Of a stretch of 64,000 bases of DNA, positions 40,217 through 55,205 are shown one piece after another. Position 1 is the stretch's first letter; each line of letters starts with the position of its first letter. Where the stretch lies: NCBI GenBank assembly GCA_051362555.1, contig CM120641.1:27162401-27226400 (forward strand). Direction: 5' to 3'. The position numbers were made by a program, and so were the translations under genes. Origin of the DNA: Lingula anatina. Its lineage: Eukaryota; Animalia; Brachiopoda. The notes under the pieces are model-generated. The model saw only the letters and a list, made by a program, of their open reading frames with translations. It did not search any database and was not told the DNA's origin.

Positions 40217-40881
40217 CTGTAAAAGAAAAATAATATAAGAATGAAATTACGCCTATTGCTTAAAAAGATTCGGGTAAATAATTTGATTATTCTTCAATGA
40301 TCCTTCACATCATACATGTAATATTCACACATTCATATTTTTGGTGATTTCTATATTGAATTTAAGACCTAAGATTGGGTTTTACTTCAGAACACCCCAC
40401 CCTTTACGATTGGGGGGGGGGGGGACTTGTTTTTAACAAACGAGGACACAAAAATATTGCATTTCATTAAACAATCCCCCCCCCCCCCCAGGATATACAG
40501 ATTATGGTCTACCATTCATATAGACAACGATACGAGGAAATTATGCACTCAGTCTGTGTAAGATACCGCCGAAGAAGATAATATCTCAAATTTCCATTTC
40601 TTTTCCTCCAAATCAACACACTTTGCAGGTAGACAAAAGACATTCTCACCTCGTGCGAGCACTCAGCGTGACTCCCAGGTCAAAGAAGCGTTATTAACCT
40701 CTCTCTTGCTCTCTTTAATTTCGTATTATCTTTAAAGATCATCAAGGGGACGGTTAATGAAATCGACAATCTTTTCCTGAGCACAATTTAATCACCATGC
40801 AACTCTTATGCCGAAGCACTGACTACACACACGTGTCATTTTTACGGATAAGTAATTTTATAACCGATATTATCAGATAAC

Positions 40882-40882
<1 letters not shown>

Positions 40883-40961
<79 letters not shown>
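40883..40961. repeat. (TA)n microsatellite
   Basis: Directly visible, ~39 units. Confidence 0.92.
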
Positions 40962-40963
<2 letters not shown>

Positions 40964-41246
40964 CTATGAAAATAAAACACACTCCATCGCAAATTTCGCT
41001 TCAAATTAAAGTTAATAAACCCTTTTCTTAACTTCTCAAACTATATATTCAAGAAAGGGCTAGACAGTTTTAGTGATGGTTCTGTTATAAGGCTTGTATA
41101 AGGATTCAAAATATATTGCTTTATTTTCATTTATTCTTTTTTCTCAAGTCTACGGGTGTCTACCAAAGGCATGCAATTCACCGTTAATTTGTATTCTTTG
41201 TTTTTATTTCGGTTATTAACGCCAAGTCATGCTGTACATAGGTCAA

Positions 41247-41282
<36 letters not shown>

Positions 41283-43719
41283 TATAAACATTCCAGACAA
41301 GTGGCAAAGATTGGTTGGATTCATTAATATATGTTTACATTCATGAGTTTGTAAGTACCAGTAAAAGAAACATTAAATAGAAATCACGTTTGCTTTCATC
41401 CAATTTGATTCTGGTCGAAAACGCGAAAATTATAAATTTAGAACGCGTTCAAAACAGTTATCAATAAAAACAACATTACAATATACAGAAACAACTCTAA
41501 ATGTAATTATGAGATGGGTGTGGCCGAAAGCAGGGGGAGGGGGTGATTCACCCGCATCATAAATGCGTGCTGACACAGTCGACATATTCTCCATTCCATC
41601 CATTGTGTTCCCTTGGTGAAAAATAATAGGATGTCCAACCCGAGTCAAAAGATAATCAGAGCGTTGCACAAGGGACGCGGATTACTGCAAAATGATACGG
41701 TTCTTAGACACCCAAAGTGGTCAGGAATCCATTCACTGCTGTTGGGGAACCCAAACCTGTCCGCTACTGTCATAACAGATCACTGGTAATAAAGAGACCC
41801 AAAATTGTTAAGTGGACACTCCTGGGTTACTCCCTAATACCCCGACATGTACACCTGACATTGTTAATACAAAGTACTCTGTACCGTTAAAGGGGTTTCT
41901 CAAGGTTATTGTTAGTCAAATGTTAAGGAATGTGCCTGTCATTTGATATGTCGCCTCGAGATGGGAGTTTGAGAGCCGCAAAACAATAGTTGCAAGCAGG
42001 TAATTTTTTTTTACAAAAAAAGTAAAATTTTATTTCATACCAATACTACAGCTACATCGTCAGTCAAAAAAACATTTCCATTACAAAACGTATTACAAAA
42101 ATAAGTTGTGATGTATTCTAAAGGCTTAAATAGAACCGTTTCCTACCTTCAACTAAATGTTTTAATACTAAAGGATATTTCTTTTCCAAAGCATTATGTA
42201 TGAAATTAATGCCGTCACGCAAAAATATTATAAAAGTGTAATTTACGTTTTGAAAATTTCTCATAAATTTCAAAGCTTTGAATTCCTTTGCTAGGTCAGG
42301 TTGTAAATAAACGGTCCTTCCTCACCTCAACCCCTATAATACAACTTGACAAACTATCCGTAACTAAAACTTTACATCAAAATGCAAATTCTCCATTCGC
42401 CGTCTTTAAAACGAAGAAGAAAATAATTACCAAAATAAAGTCTTATTTCGAACATTCAGAAACGGTTTACAAAAGATGGCTTACCCCCCCCCCCCCCCCT
42501 CCCACTAAATGTCACGGGGCTTATGCTGTACACGTTATCCATTATATTATGAGCCCCACAACCCATACATTATATTCCACAGTGTTTTATATATTCAAAA
42601 TCTCAGCCTGCTTGCAGTGGTAATTCGCCAAATCATCCCCGTTTCGTGACGAGGCCACTTTACTGCTAGGTAATAACAGAGGCCTGTGCTCCGTGCCTAG
42701 CTCATGCCTGCCTATCAGCATTACCATATGCTGAAGATAAACTCAGAAGCGACCTGTTGTGAGCTGGTTTTCAACAAATATACCATACACATATAGATAC
42801 AGTATATTCAACTGTATGTAAAATAGCATCTTGTCACACTGTTAGACTTCAACGTGCCAAATGTGAAAATCCCAATGTCGGTTAAAAAAAATCAATTATT
42901 GAAGTAGCGCGTAAGAGTTCAAATACTTGCGTAAGGTTTACTAACATACAACAGGTGCTTATCGTTGATCTTTCCATCCTTTAAACCTTCAATTAAGAAA
43001 CTACTGACGTGACGTGCTGGTCAATATCATATTTATTTAACTTATATAGGACACCTACGTGACTGGACAGCAGTGTATAAGTTCTAAATGACGCATGACT
43101 CACGAAATAACTTGGGTGTGTCCATAAACTTATAATGAAGGCGTTCATAGTTTGTTATTGATGTTTTTTAAACTGAGGACAGATCTGCATTAGGTTAGTT
43201 TTGTCAATAAAGATTAACAAAAATGTGGAAAGAAAATTTCTCCCTCTTCTTTACTATACATAAACATTACTTAATCAATGTATAATACAAGAGATTTTAA
43301 GTACAACGATTCATATTTTAATATCTATTTGCACACCTTATTTCGCAATAATGCAGACAGGGAGAGAGAATTCAGTTTTCACTAGGATATATAATTATTA
43401 CTTTTGTTAATTTCCGCGTATCCTCAATTGAACAAAAATAACGACAAGTTAATTTTATTTGCTTTTGATCGAGTAAACATCGATAACAATACATATAAGG
43501 ACTCCATACCTACATGTATATACATGACCACTATGTTGCTACTGTTGCGTATTTCTACGCATGGGCGCGGTCAAGCCGGAAGTTGTAGGGTGGGGAAAAG
43601 AAGTGTGCAAAAAGTAGTGTTACTTTTCAATGACAAAAATAACTTTTATCAAGCACAACCTGTTTTATGTATAACATGTATCCTAAATCTCTCGACTTGC
43701 TTCTACTTTGAACACTTAC

Positions 43720-43951
43720 ACGTTGTTTCGTTCCCTTCGTAGCAGGTCCTGAAGAGCCCCCTGTGCCGACTGTGATACCATGGCAGTCTGTTTTTCTCAC
43801 TGATAACTTGACTCGACGTAGATTGAGCTAAAGCAGATCTATCCACTGTATATTGCAACCAATTGTCCGTTGAAAACGATAAAGCCACAAAAAATAAAGA
43901 AACAACCGTGAAAAAGATGGCAAATGCTAAAAACGCTGTGGACGACGCCAT
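43720..43951 (-). CDS. Claudin/PMP22/EMP-superfamily tetraspan protein, exon 1
   Basis: MASS...FFVALSFSTDNW...HRGLFRTC gives TM1 plus the W...GL(W/F)..C signature. Donor T|GTAAGT, phase 1. The five exons splice to 882 nt = 293 aa plus stop. Confidence 0.9.
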
Positions 43952-46900
43952 GATCCCTCACACTATAACATTCCAGTCTCGTCCCCACTCACTTCACATA
44001 TTGTATTGATTCATTGTGTTAAAGTGCGCCCCAGTGCGCACAAATGAAAGGATAGATTTACCTGCCTAGTGCCCGGATGCACCTAGATAGGTCTCGACCG
44101 ACTGATAACTCATAGGCCCCCCAGGTAATTACTTTTCATACACGTACCGCACTGAGTGGTCCTGATATGAATCTCTTTATAACAATGGCGCTGTTCTTCT
44201 TAATGAATCAGTTGTAGAAGGCACACGTGGCCATTTTTCGTGCATCTGCCGAATGTGACTTGCTTATTATCTCTTTTCTTACGCAGTATTTTCGGTGCAA
44301 GTTGTACCTCTATTGGTCCTTACGCTAAACATTAGATAGAAAAGAGATGATGTAGTTAAAGTACCATGAAAAAATACACGTGTTGTAGTGTAAATACAAA
44401 AATTTCATTGGGAAAACTAGCTAATAATTAAACATTTGAGCTGGTTCACGAATAGCTTTGGACCTGGCCAGGTGAGAAAGGCGTTGTCCACAGACAAAGG
44501 CCTATGGGGCAAGGTGCCGCCTTAACTGGGGAACACTGGCTATTGTATTATAAATAGCTCGGTAGTATGAATCACAAATCTAGCAAGCTGAGAAGGCACA
44601 GCCACATTGTTCATTGACTGAGACCACGCCTACTTAACTACACACCGCCTGAATAAGGGGCGAGGGTTTAAAATTCCTCCTAAGTCATGTGAGTGTTCTC
44701 ACCTTTGCATGACTGTCACATCTTGCATATTGAAAACAACTCGAATTCGAGATTATAACGCGTGTTATAATTAAGGCACGCAATAACTACCATTTCTTTG
44801 TAAGAAAACTCCCTTAATAGACCCCTCTCTTTAAATTCGATATATTTCATCATGAAAGATACATACCTACGGTGTACTAGTAGAGATGTTACATGTATGT
44901 GACCGCGGCGATATACGCTTTATTTGGATTTAGGGATGTTTTTCAGTGAAATAAGAGTACTTTTTCTCGGTATGCAAGTTAAAAATATTCGCTGATATCA
45001 TCTCGCAGTAAATGCCTTGAACACCTCTCGAGATGTTCTGGCATATATCGCTCAGGTGACGGTGTATTATCTCACACATATCCATTTATTACTGCTACAA
45101 TGAACTAACAATACTGCTACCCTTTTTTAACATCTTAATTTACTGTGCGAATTTCGTGTTCTCTTAAGACAGAAATATATGTGACCCAGAAATACCTGAA
45201 AAATATTGTATATTTTTTTGCCAAGTGGCATTCCCTTATAAAATACCATATTACAAGTACGTATTGTAAGCTGTTTTTTATTTGAAAATCAATTAGTTAA
45301 CAAAAAATAAAAAGATTCCTCTGATTTGGGGTCGGTATGAGATTAAACAAAGTAGAATGAATTTAACAGCGTGCATTGTTGAAATTAGCTTGATAAAATC
45401 ACAGGCGCGCCCATAATAGAACTGGAGAGGTCGAAGAAATGGGTTTTTTAACAATGCTTTGCTCAGCAAGTCTGCAAAGTAAAGCATGGTATTTATGGAA
45501 TCAAATTATTGTTATGTCTTCTAGAAATTCCCATGTTGCTATGCATAATAATCATTTTATACATGTTAGCGACACGGCGATGGTTTTCATATTCTTGAAA
45601 TGGTCACAATAATACCAGTATGAACTTGAATGAAAGGAGCACGTAAAGATGTTTTTGCAACCAGATGTGTTTTCTCTTATCAGGGATCTTCTATACTTTA
45701 CCCTGCCGTTTGGTAGCCGCTCAGTCGAATTCGAATTACTCACAGTCAAAAAATTAAAACCACACGCGTAAAAATAGGAGAAAATATCGCTTATGTCCCT
45801 GCTGCACATGTATGTCTAACAATAGTGGGGCATGCATCAGGAATTTGTTATTTTTAGTGCATGCATTTTCTTTCTTTTGTCAACTTGTCCCTTTTAAGCG
45901 AATGAAAATTTAAAAAAACGCCAAGCTGTAAAGACTTTATTGTATAAACATGGCTGGTCTTTTTAACTTACAGTTGGCTTCAAGCGAAAAAATAAGACAA
46001 GATGAATTGAAATCATGTAATATGAAGACATCCGGTTCAAGGTCTTACAACCTTGAGGTAATTTTACACGCATACAGTGCGTTGTCTCTCCAAACTACAG
46101 CTATCAAAATGTGTCGGGAGGACTAGAGAGGAGCAACAATCGCAATTTGAATGCAGCTGGACGACTAAAAGCGAAACACACTCTAATAAAAACAGGAAAT
46201 TAAATAGGATGACAGAAATGATTTTTATGGAAGCGCACTTAACTACTTTAAATTTAGAATGCTGTGGTCTCAAAGTAGCAGATCAGAAGTGTCCCTTTTT
46301 TCTACGTGTGATTCAATCATTAAACTATGAAATAATGAAAATGAAAGGCAAAAAGGGGTTCGGCTTTTCGGACACGAGATGGAGCACCCAGGAGAAGAGG
46401 GTAGTGGTCAGGCTCTGGAAATAACTACTATTCCCTTAATAGTTCGTCCAGATAGCAGATTCCTTGCATTCTCATACCTATGGGGATTATGTCTTAGTTA
46501 TCCAAACATAAGTACGCATACAGGGGCGAAACCAAGATAATATAAGAAGGGTTTGGGGAACGAAAATCTCGGACCCAAGGACTAATTAGCCGGACGAAAA
46601 CTATTGTTTCTTCAAAGTAACATCTCTGAACAAGAAAATGTATTCAACTGATAGTATTAGTGGATGCTTATAAATAAACCCGACAGTAATGGACTGGTTT
46701 TGGAACAAAGCTTGCCGACGCATTGCACATGTTCTTTTTTCACCGCTAGATGGTGCCCCAAGTTTGATATGTACACACTGAAAATTAGTTGTTTTTTTCA
46801 AGATATCCTGGGCCTGGTCTCAAGCAGAGGCTGCTTTGCATTAGTGAATTGCAACTCCGGATCCGTTCTTTTTAAGTCAGTCAATCTGCAAATTCACGTA

Positions 46901-48657
46901 TGTTAATATTTGCTTATATTACTTATTGCACGTATATCTTACGATAAGAATACTGCTGACCTCATAATACTCTTGATAAATAAGTCATATTTATCGCTGC
47001 AAAGAAACTGAAGGTCTGTATAACAAAGGACCCTCCCTCCCTTACATTTCAGCAGGTTAGGTTAGCATCACTACTTTGGTTGAAATCTAAGAGGGAGCTT
47101 ACGTGTACAAATTAAGGGGAACCCGACCCTCCATTACGGGGTGGGGATGGGGGTGGGGTGGGGTGGGGCTCTCTGGGACGTGCCGCCGCCTCGGTCTTAA
47201 ACCTCTCCCCGATTTACACACTCGCATTGCAACGTCTCCACTGAATAGATTTATATAAGATTAACACTGTTGACATTTCCCAAGGTGATCAACTGTAGCT
47301 ATCATTCATAATCTCCAAAGATGGTAAATAGTGTGCACAAAACAAAGATCCGAGGTCAGATCAATTAAATTGAACTTAATTTGAACCAGGAGAGGCAATG
47401 TTGCACGTGACTCATAGTTGTAAACAGATTGAGACAATTCACTCATCTGATCATGGCAAGCGCAGCAGGAAAACATTCGCCCTTTTACAAACATGGATGT
47501 GTTTAATAATGTCGCAATTAATTTTAGCCCTAATGTAAAAAGGCAGTTTGTTAAATAAAAACTTTGGGGCATAAACAGCAAAAGCCCTGTCTCCATAAAA
47601 AAAATAAAATTGTTGATGTTTCAAAGTCTCAAAAGAAAGAATAGTTTTTCTGAGGGTTGCTCGTGGCTTGGTTTGAATAAGTTAAGTATATGAATATACA
47701 CGTACCAAAACCCTTGTCATCCCACCTGCACTTGGAGACGTCAACCATTACATTGGGTTCAGGTAGTAAGACAATCTTAATTAGACGGATTGCCCAGACG
47801 GGTCTTAAGGTTTGGAAGTGGGGGCTTCAAGTGTGAAGGGGATCAGTTGTGTGTGTGATTTTGTGATTGGTTAATCATTAACCATTTGTCTAAGTGCGAC
47901 AGCTAACATTTAAACACACGGTACCCCACGCTTTTGGTAGAATTTGAGCATACCGTCAACATTTTTTTCTCTAAAAGGCAGAAAAGGAGATTTATGTTCC
48001 CCGCTTTCTATCACTACCTGTAGGTTTGTTACATATTGACAGGGAAGCGTCCATATAATAGGATATAACGGATAAAGTCGTTCCGACCCCTTGACACCCC
48101 CCTCACGATTTTATATCAACAGCAATGATGATCATTAATATTTCACTAATGTTACATGCGTTAAGCCGTTTTGTAAAAAATGAGCCACAAGCTATAAAGA
48201 TTATTATTATTGTAAAATTAATGTGGTCCCGATGTCTCCTACGAATATATCTTTCCAAAATTAGCATTCGCCAGCTTAATCTATTCCCCAGTTCATAACC
48301 GTGCCTGGCAAGTGCGACTGAAGGCATATATGGCAAGAACCCTAATTCAGTGCAGGCGTTCTCCCAGCCCAATACCTACTATCTTCAATGCAAAAATGAC
48401 AGAATTAAAAGAAAGAGAGAATATCAAGCCAAAACACTTATTTCTTCTTGATTTTTAGACGACAATTATTAATCCAATCTTGCTATGTTGTGACACTTGT
48501 AGATAACAAACGTGCCCGGGTCAAAATATAAGTGTATTTACACCGGCCGTGTGTGTTTGCTGTGATAGCTTTGTTAAAAAGACATTAATTGTGTAAGGGT
48601 TTGACGTATTCTTGAAGGCGTCGGGGAAGAGAAGCATATCCCTGGTTTCCAGTCAAA

Positions 48658-50087
48658 ATGTCACTGTTTTATGCCTGTTTGCTGTACTTTGTGCTCCTTC
48701 ATGCTGAACCCACCTTGGCTCAGACAACTGTAACTGTAAAGCAAGGGGATATCAATGGGAAAATATCAATTCTTGGACCCAACGTGACCTCGTACCTTGG
48801 GATACCCTACGCTGAACCGCCTTCGGGTAATCTACGGTTCAAGAAACCAGTACCTAAAGCTGCGTGGAGTTCTCCACTGAATGCCACTGAGTATGGACCA
48901 ATATGCCTGCAAAGGAACGCCACGTTTCCTAGCTCTGAGGACTGTCTGACACTTAATGTTCATGTACCTCAGAATAATAACACCGGCCCTAAAGCGGTCA
49001 TGGTTTGGGTTCATGGCGGAGGGTTTGTCGTGGGCAGTGCCAGGGTACTGGATCCTGTAGTTCTAGCCCTTGAAGACGTTATTGTAGTCAGTATCAACTA
49101 TCGATTAGGTATATTCGGTTTTCTCGCTGTTGGGGATGTCGCAAAAGGTAATTACGGACTTTGGGACCAACATCTCGCTTTTCGATGGATAAAAGAAAAC
49201 ATTGCCGCCTTTGAAGGAGACCCTAACAGAATCACGATATTCGGAGAATCTGCAGGCAGTATGAGCGTGTCTTTCCATGCTATGTCTCCAATGAGTGACG
49301 AACTGTTCCATCGTGTCATAAGTCAAAGTGGGGTGGGTTCCCAAGATTTTGTCCTTCTGCAGAGTTCCAAAAACATCGCCTTACTGAGTGAAACTTCAAA
49401 ATGTAACAGCACCGATTCAGTGTCTCTGGTATCGTGCCTGAAAAATAAAAGCGAACAAGATCTTCTTGAGGCCTCTAATATTCTTGCTGAGACGTTATTT
49501 TGGATACCTAATATGGACAACGAGCTCATAACCGGATACGTAGAAAGTTCGATAAACTTTCTGCCAGACCAATACGGTAAACTCGACTTCTTGATGGGAA
49601 GCAACAGCCTTGATGGTAACTTTGACACCCAGGCACTCGCCAAGGCAGAGGACGGTTTCATTGAATCAGATTTCAGCAAAGCTGTGGACAACTTATTTCA
49701 CGCATTTGTTAGACTAGACAGAGAGGTGATAAAGGCTGCTCTGTTACAAGAGTATACAGCAGGTGTGTTGAATCCAGACAACAGAACAAGAGTGAAACAA
49801 TTAATAGAAATGGAAGGGGACCTTTTTTTCACGGTCCCAACCCATTTGAACGCCCTCAAACATGACACAGCCAATGGTACTGGTTCCACATTTGTATATT
49901 ACTTCTCCATAAACACGTGCTTCAAAGTTTTACCCACTGCATCTTGGCTGGATGGAGCTGGGCATGTCGACGAGTTAATCTACATTAGTGGTATGATTAG
50001 TAATGTGTGCAACGGTAGCGCCACGCCTGCTGACCTAGCCCTTCAGACTGCTATGATAACTTACTGGACCAACTTTGCTAAATCTGG
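48658..50087 (+). CDS. Type-B carboxylesterase/cholinesterase-family variable exon V1
   Basis: ATG plus signal peptide, YLGIPYAEPP, SEDCLTLNV, WVHGGGF, FGESAG, GSNSLDG, GAGHVDEL. Ends YWTNFAKSG at GG|GTAAGT; the ORF-track TAA lies inside the donor site. Confidence 0.93.
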
Positions 50088-51610
50088 GTAAGTCCTTGAT
50101 TCAAAATCGGTGTATTTGCTCAGTAGTTGCGCCCTATTAGTACGTAATTTAAGTGGCAGTGACACTGTGTGAACTGTAAACAGTGTAAAACCCTACTCCC
50201 AGATATATGGCCATTTTTCTGAAAACTGATTTTTCCCTTGCGTAGCTACGGTTATTCGTTACTCTTGGCAGTAGAGGCAGTAGAAGGTTGTGCGGGCGGG
50301 CTGCCGCGTTTTATGTCGTTTTTTTTTACTTATGTGTTTCATAGTGAGAGCTGAATTTTTATATATTACTTCAGCACACCAAATTAAAAAAAAAACCTCC
50401 ACTGGGTAAGAAAATAGGAAATCAAGGATTTAGAAATAAGAGAATAATAGGAATTTCAAAGCTTAAGAGAGCAAAATATTTTAATTAAAATAATTTAATA
50501 ACAAACATAGCTTCTCTACAAACCAAAACTACTTTTTACGCGCCGCTGTTTTTCTATTTCTATCTCTACTTCATGCAGTCTCCAGCGGCCCTCTCTCGTT
50601 TTCATTACACGCAGTTTTTTAAGTATCATAAGAGTATGTCAATCAACTCAGTTCCTCTACAAAACACTAACCGCTCCTTGTTCACGCATGACTGTCAATT
50701 ACTTATATTACATCTTTTTTTATTCCAATAGCAAGCTTAAAATTTAGATAGTAAGTTCAGGCCGCAGCTTACACCCAAGTATTTAGAAGCTATAGCACGT
50801 GTAAGCAGATATGGACAAAAATATCCGCAACCAAACGAAATGATATATTATTCATTGAAGTTTTAACTTTAAAAAGCTCATAAAAAAGGGGAGAGGCAAC
50901 AGCTCTGTATGACTGTTAAAAAATGATAAATGAAAAAGTGTAAGGACTTTTTAAATTGTTGGGATTACTTTTCATTGCGAAGACAGAGTGGAGTGACATA
51001 TCGTTTATCTATTTTCTGGTTAAATACTGTTTCAGTTTATTTAAGTAAAATTGATTTATCTAAATTGTTTATATCCAAAAATATTGGTAACATACACAAG
51101 TTTCACGTAGCATATTTATTTCACTGTCATATCTACCTAATCGGGAAAGTCAACGTTATGCTACAGTTTACACTATACCTGGTGATCTTGGCCCAAAGAA
51201 ATGTAACAAAGTTATCTGTGGTCAGCTGCAGGCGTAACTTTATACAGATTTCTAATTGACAGGTCAAAATGGATGCCTGAAATCATCTTAGTTAAAGAGG
51301 CTTATCTTACAAAGATAACATTGTTTTACATGTGCGTCACCTCATTAAAGGCACTTCTACGATGGTCACATTTACTCGCTGATTTATCTTATCGGGCACT
51401 ACAAGTAATAGTATTACTTAATTCAAACAAGGTGTACGGTCACTCTGTTAGCTGCACTTCTTAATGTCAAAGGCTGAATTGGCCCACAAGTGAATGTTAA
51501 ACAGATACATAAGGGTGTGTCTGGGCAGTGTCCATACAAAACGGCCATAGGGTTACATTGTATTTCATTTACCTGGAGGCGACGTCGAAATGATGTGCCT
51601 TCCTGTCGAA

Positions 51611-53034
51611 ATGAAATTGTTCAGTGCCTGTGCACTGTTCTTTGTGTTCCTTCATGCTGAACCCACCTTGGCTCAGACAACTATAACTGTACAGCAAGGA
51701 GATATCAATGGGAAAATATCAATTCTTGGATCGGACGTGATGTCGTACCTTGGGATACCCTACGCCGAGCCGCCTTTGGGTGATCTGCGTTTCAAGAAAC
51801 CAGTACCTAAAGCTGCGTGGAGTTCTCCACTGAATGCCACTGAGTATGGACCGATATGCCTGCAAATGAATGCCCGATTTCCCAGTTCCGAGGATTGTCT
51901 CACACTTAATGTCCATGTTCCACAGAATAACACCAATACCCCTAAAGCAGTCATGGTTTGGGTTCATGGCGGAGGATTCGTCGTAGGAAGTGCTAGGGAA
52001 TTGGATCCTGTAGGTCTAGCCATGGCAGACGTCATCACAGTTAGTATCAACTACCGTTTGGGCATGTTTGGCTTTCTTACTATTGCAGACGACGTAAAAG
52101 GTAATTTCGGACTTTGGGACCAACACCTCGCTTTCAGATGGATAAAAGATAACATTGCTGCCTTCGGAGGGGACCCCAACAGAATCACGATATTCGGAGA
52201 ATCTGCAGGTGGTATGAGCGTGTCTTTCCATGCTATGTCTCCAATGAGTGACGGACTGTTCCATCGTGTCATAAGCCAAAGCGGGATTGGCACTCAATAT
52301 TTTGTCCTTCGACCGAGTCCCACAATTATCACTTCTCTGAGCAAAACTTCAAATTGTAACACCACCGATTCGGCGGCTTTGCTATCTTGTCTCAAAGGTA
52401 AGAGTGCCCAAGATCTTCTTGCTGCCTCTAATACCCTTGGACAGTTGCTTATTTGGATGCCGAACATGGACAATGAGTTTGTAACTGGAAACGTTGAAAG
52501 CTCATCAAATCTTCTACCAGAACAATATGGAAATCTTGATTTTTTGATGGGAAGTAATAGTCGTGACGGTTCTATCGAAATAGCGGTGCCTTCCGAAGCT
52601 GAAAATGGTTATACAGAGTCAACTTTCCGCAAATATGTCGACCGTATGTTATTTGGGAGATTGGACAAAGATATTATTGAAACGGCGTTGATACAAGAGT
52701 ACACAGAAGGTGTGTATAACCAAGATAACAGAACACGTGTACAGCAATTAATAGAAATCGCATCGGACCTCTTTTTCACAGTCCCTACCCAGTTGAACGC
52801 CCTCAAACATGACAGAACCAACGGTACTGGTTCCACGTTCGCATATTTTCTCTCTATAAATACATGCCGCAAACTACTGCCCACGGTGTCTTGGCTGGAT
52901 GGAGCTGGACATGCCGACGATCTAATCTACATTAATGGTCTGGTCAGTGTTTTGTGCAACGGTAGCGCCACACCTGCTGATCTAGTCTTACAGACAACCA
53001 TGATTACCTATTGGACGAACTTTGCTAAATCTGG
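51611..53034 (+). CDS. Carboxylesterase variable exon V2
   Basis: ATG (MKLFSACALFF...) plus signal peptide, intact HGGG, GESAG, GSNSRDG and GAGHADDL. Phase-2 donor GG|GTAAGT. Confidence 0.93.
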
Positions 53035-53478
53035 GTAAGTGATTTATACTTGAATTAAATACGTGACATACTAATCATTAAACACGATGGTTGGAAATCT
53101 GGTTCTGTTAAGACGTGCTTATAGGTTGCGTTGATTTTCATGCAAAAACGCAGACTGCATTAGTTATATGTATATTTCTTGAATTCGCATTTTTCATATT
53201 CAGCAAGCTTTAAGAACTATTAGAATTATTAGAACATATACACCGGTGCACTTTGAGAGGTCCTAACTGTAATTATGACACGGGGGTTTTATTCGCTTTC
53301 ACAAACTGCCAGCGAGTTGCTTCAAGTTGGTAACTAGGTGAGAGTTCATTGGTAGGTTGGGTCGAGCTTGGATGATCTGCTTGGGTGACCCTCGCTCACC
53401 TACTGGGTGATATAGCTAATATGCTAAGTGCATTGGTACAAACTGCATCGCTGTGGACAGGGCCCCAGTTTCACCATG

Positions 53479-53660
53479 CAAGACCGTAGCCAGCAAATTC
53501 AAAAGGGGGTTCTTTTTCTGAAAAAGTGGACCTTTTACAATGAAACTTATGTTTACCTAGATAAAATTTTATCCAAAATGGACCTTTTCCTGACAAAAGG
53601 GGCGGTTCTTTCGAACCTCCCGACCCCCCCCCCCCCCCCCCCCCCCCGGCTACGGGCCTG
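53479..53660. mobile_element. MITE inserted in the V2-V3 spacer only
   Basis: Termini CAAGACCGTAGCC / GGCTACGGGCCTG with flanks CCATG/CAATG. Absent at the homologous site (~57250) in the V3-V4 spacer. Confidence 0.7.
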
Positions 53661-53983
53661 CAATGTCTCTGTTTTTCATTTTTGTCAAAACAAAAGGCAT
53701 GCTAGGCAGTATATAGATTAATGGGAACTTCCAATTAATAATTAGTATACATGTAGAACACGTTTTAATTCATTATTGTTGGTTATAAATAAAAAGCGCA
53801 ATGGCAGAATTGACAAAAAGGGTAAATTTTACGACTGTTTTCAAGCATGAAACTTCATGCTGATTCAAAACAAAAAATCATTATTTTTAAAAACCAAACA
53901 TCAAATTGAATAAACAAGCCCTTTCCGTACATACGGTAGGTATTCGACTGCCACGCTGTCCGTCTGCAGATATGGTATTTAAA

Positions 53984-54238
53984 TAGGGGAGACAGGGGTT
54001 AGTTGGACCCCGGGGTAAGTACCCCCCCCCCCCCCCCCCCATCAATTTATGACAAAGTAACTATGGGGCAAAGGAATTGATCACAGCTTTTTTTGTGAAG
54101 TGACCGTATCCAACAGTGCTAAGAAAGCGTCGGCAGTGAGTCCAAATGAAATAATTTAGCATCTTGAAGTAACTTTATTAAAGAGACTTAATGGGGGACC
54201 AACTTACCCCGGGGTACAACTAGCCCCGGACTCCCCTA
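53984..54238. mobile_element. TA-flanked MITE present in both duplicated spacers
   Basis: TA-GGGGAGACAGGGGTTAGTTG ... CAACTAGCCCCGGACTCCCC-TA inverted termini. Paralogous copy at 57876-58130. Confidence 0.7.
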
Positions 54239-54782
54239 CCGCAGTTTAAGGAGGTGGAAACCATGTGTGCACAATTTAATCCGATCTTAAATTCCGTCGA
54301 ATTGGCCAACGCGTCTAGGTGAATAAGGTTTGTTTACCCACTGTGTATACACCCTGTGTACACTGCCACACATTCATCAAACATTCGGTGTGATCATTTG
54401 TGCTGGTCAATTCTTTGCTGTGGTTATTAGTATGGTCAGTTGGAGAGGGACACGTTTATTTAGAACTTTCCGACCAAAACTCCACAGAATAACCTCTTTA
54501 ACCACAGTCAATTATATCTACGTACACCATACACAGTAGTAAAACGAAGCATTCAAATATACATTTATAACTGTTATATGATGAAACAGTGTGGTAACTG
54601 TAGTCAACTAACCCGGTGGTTTATATTGAAGTTGTCAAAGCACTTTTAACTACTTTTTAACGCAAAGTCCCTGACTAAAAAAAAAATAAAACTTTCAACT
54701 GAACCACCAGTTGGACCATAGTTCGTGCGGGTCTTACATGGTATGTCCCTTAGGTAAACTATCCACAAGACTAATGATATCA

Positions 54783-54950
54783 CAGGGGCGGATTTAGGCC
54801 GTCTTCTGGGTCTTCCGGAAGACGGTCAAATTTTAAAGTTTACATTGACGGGTATCTAATATTTTCTGTCGGAAGACGGTCAAAAATGGAGGATGGATTA
54901 ACAAAAATAATTTGGAAGACTGTCAGAAAATATCTCTGGATCCGCCCCTG
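54783..54950. mobile_element. MITE with CAGGGGCGGAT termini upstream of V3
   Basis: Perfect 11-bp TIR with flanks ATATCA/ATATCG. The empty site is at ~58675 upstream of V4. Confidence 0.82.
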
Positions 54951-55205
54951 ATATCGGACCCGCAGGGTCAAGTACAATACCGGGTATTTTGCTTTATTTA
55001 TTAACGTGATCAAACAATGGCCAGCTTTACCCGCGAAGAAGCTGGATTGTGTAATACTGACTTGTCATTCACTACGGTTCTCTCGTACCTTCATGTAAAC
55101 AGAGGTGTGTTGACACTGCACTCTACCAGGCACGACGGGTTTTCTATACATTTAGATAAAGAACAGCAGTGGAGTGCAGTCGCACAACCCTGGCTTTTGT
55201 ACAAA

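Noticed and set aside
55017-55205. 63-aa N-terminal extension of V3
   Set aside because: The homologous sequence before V4 has indels that break the frame, and the signal peptide begins at ATG 55206.
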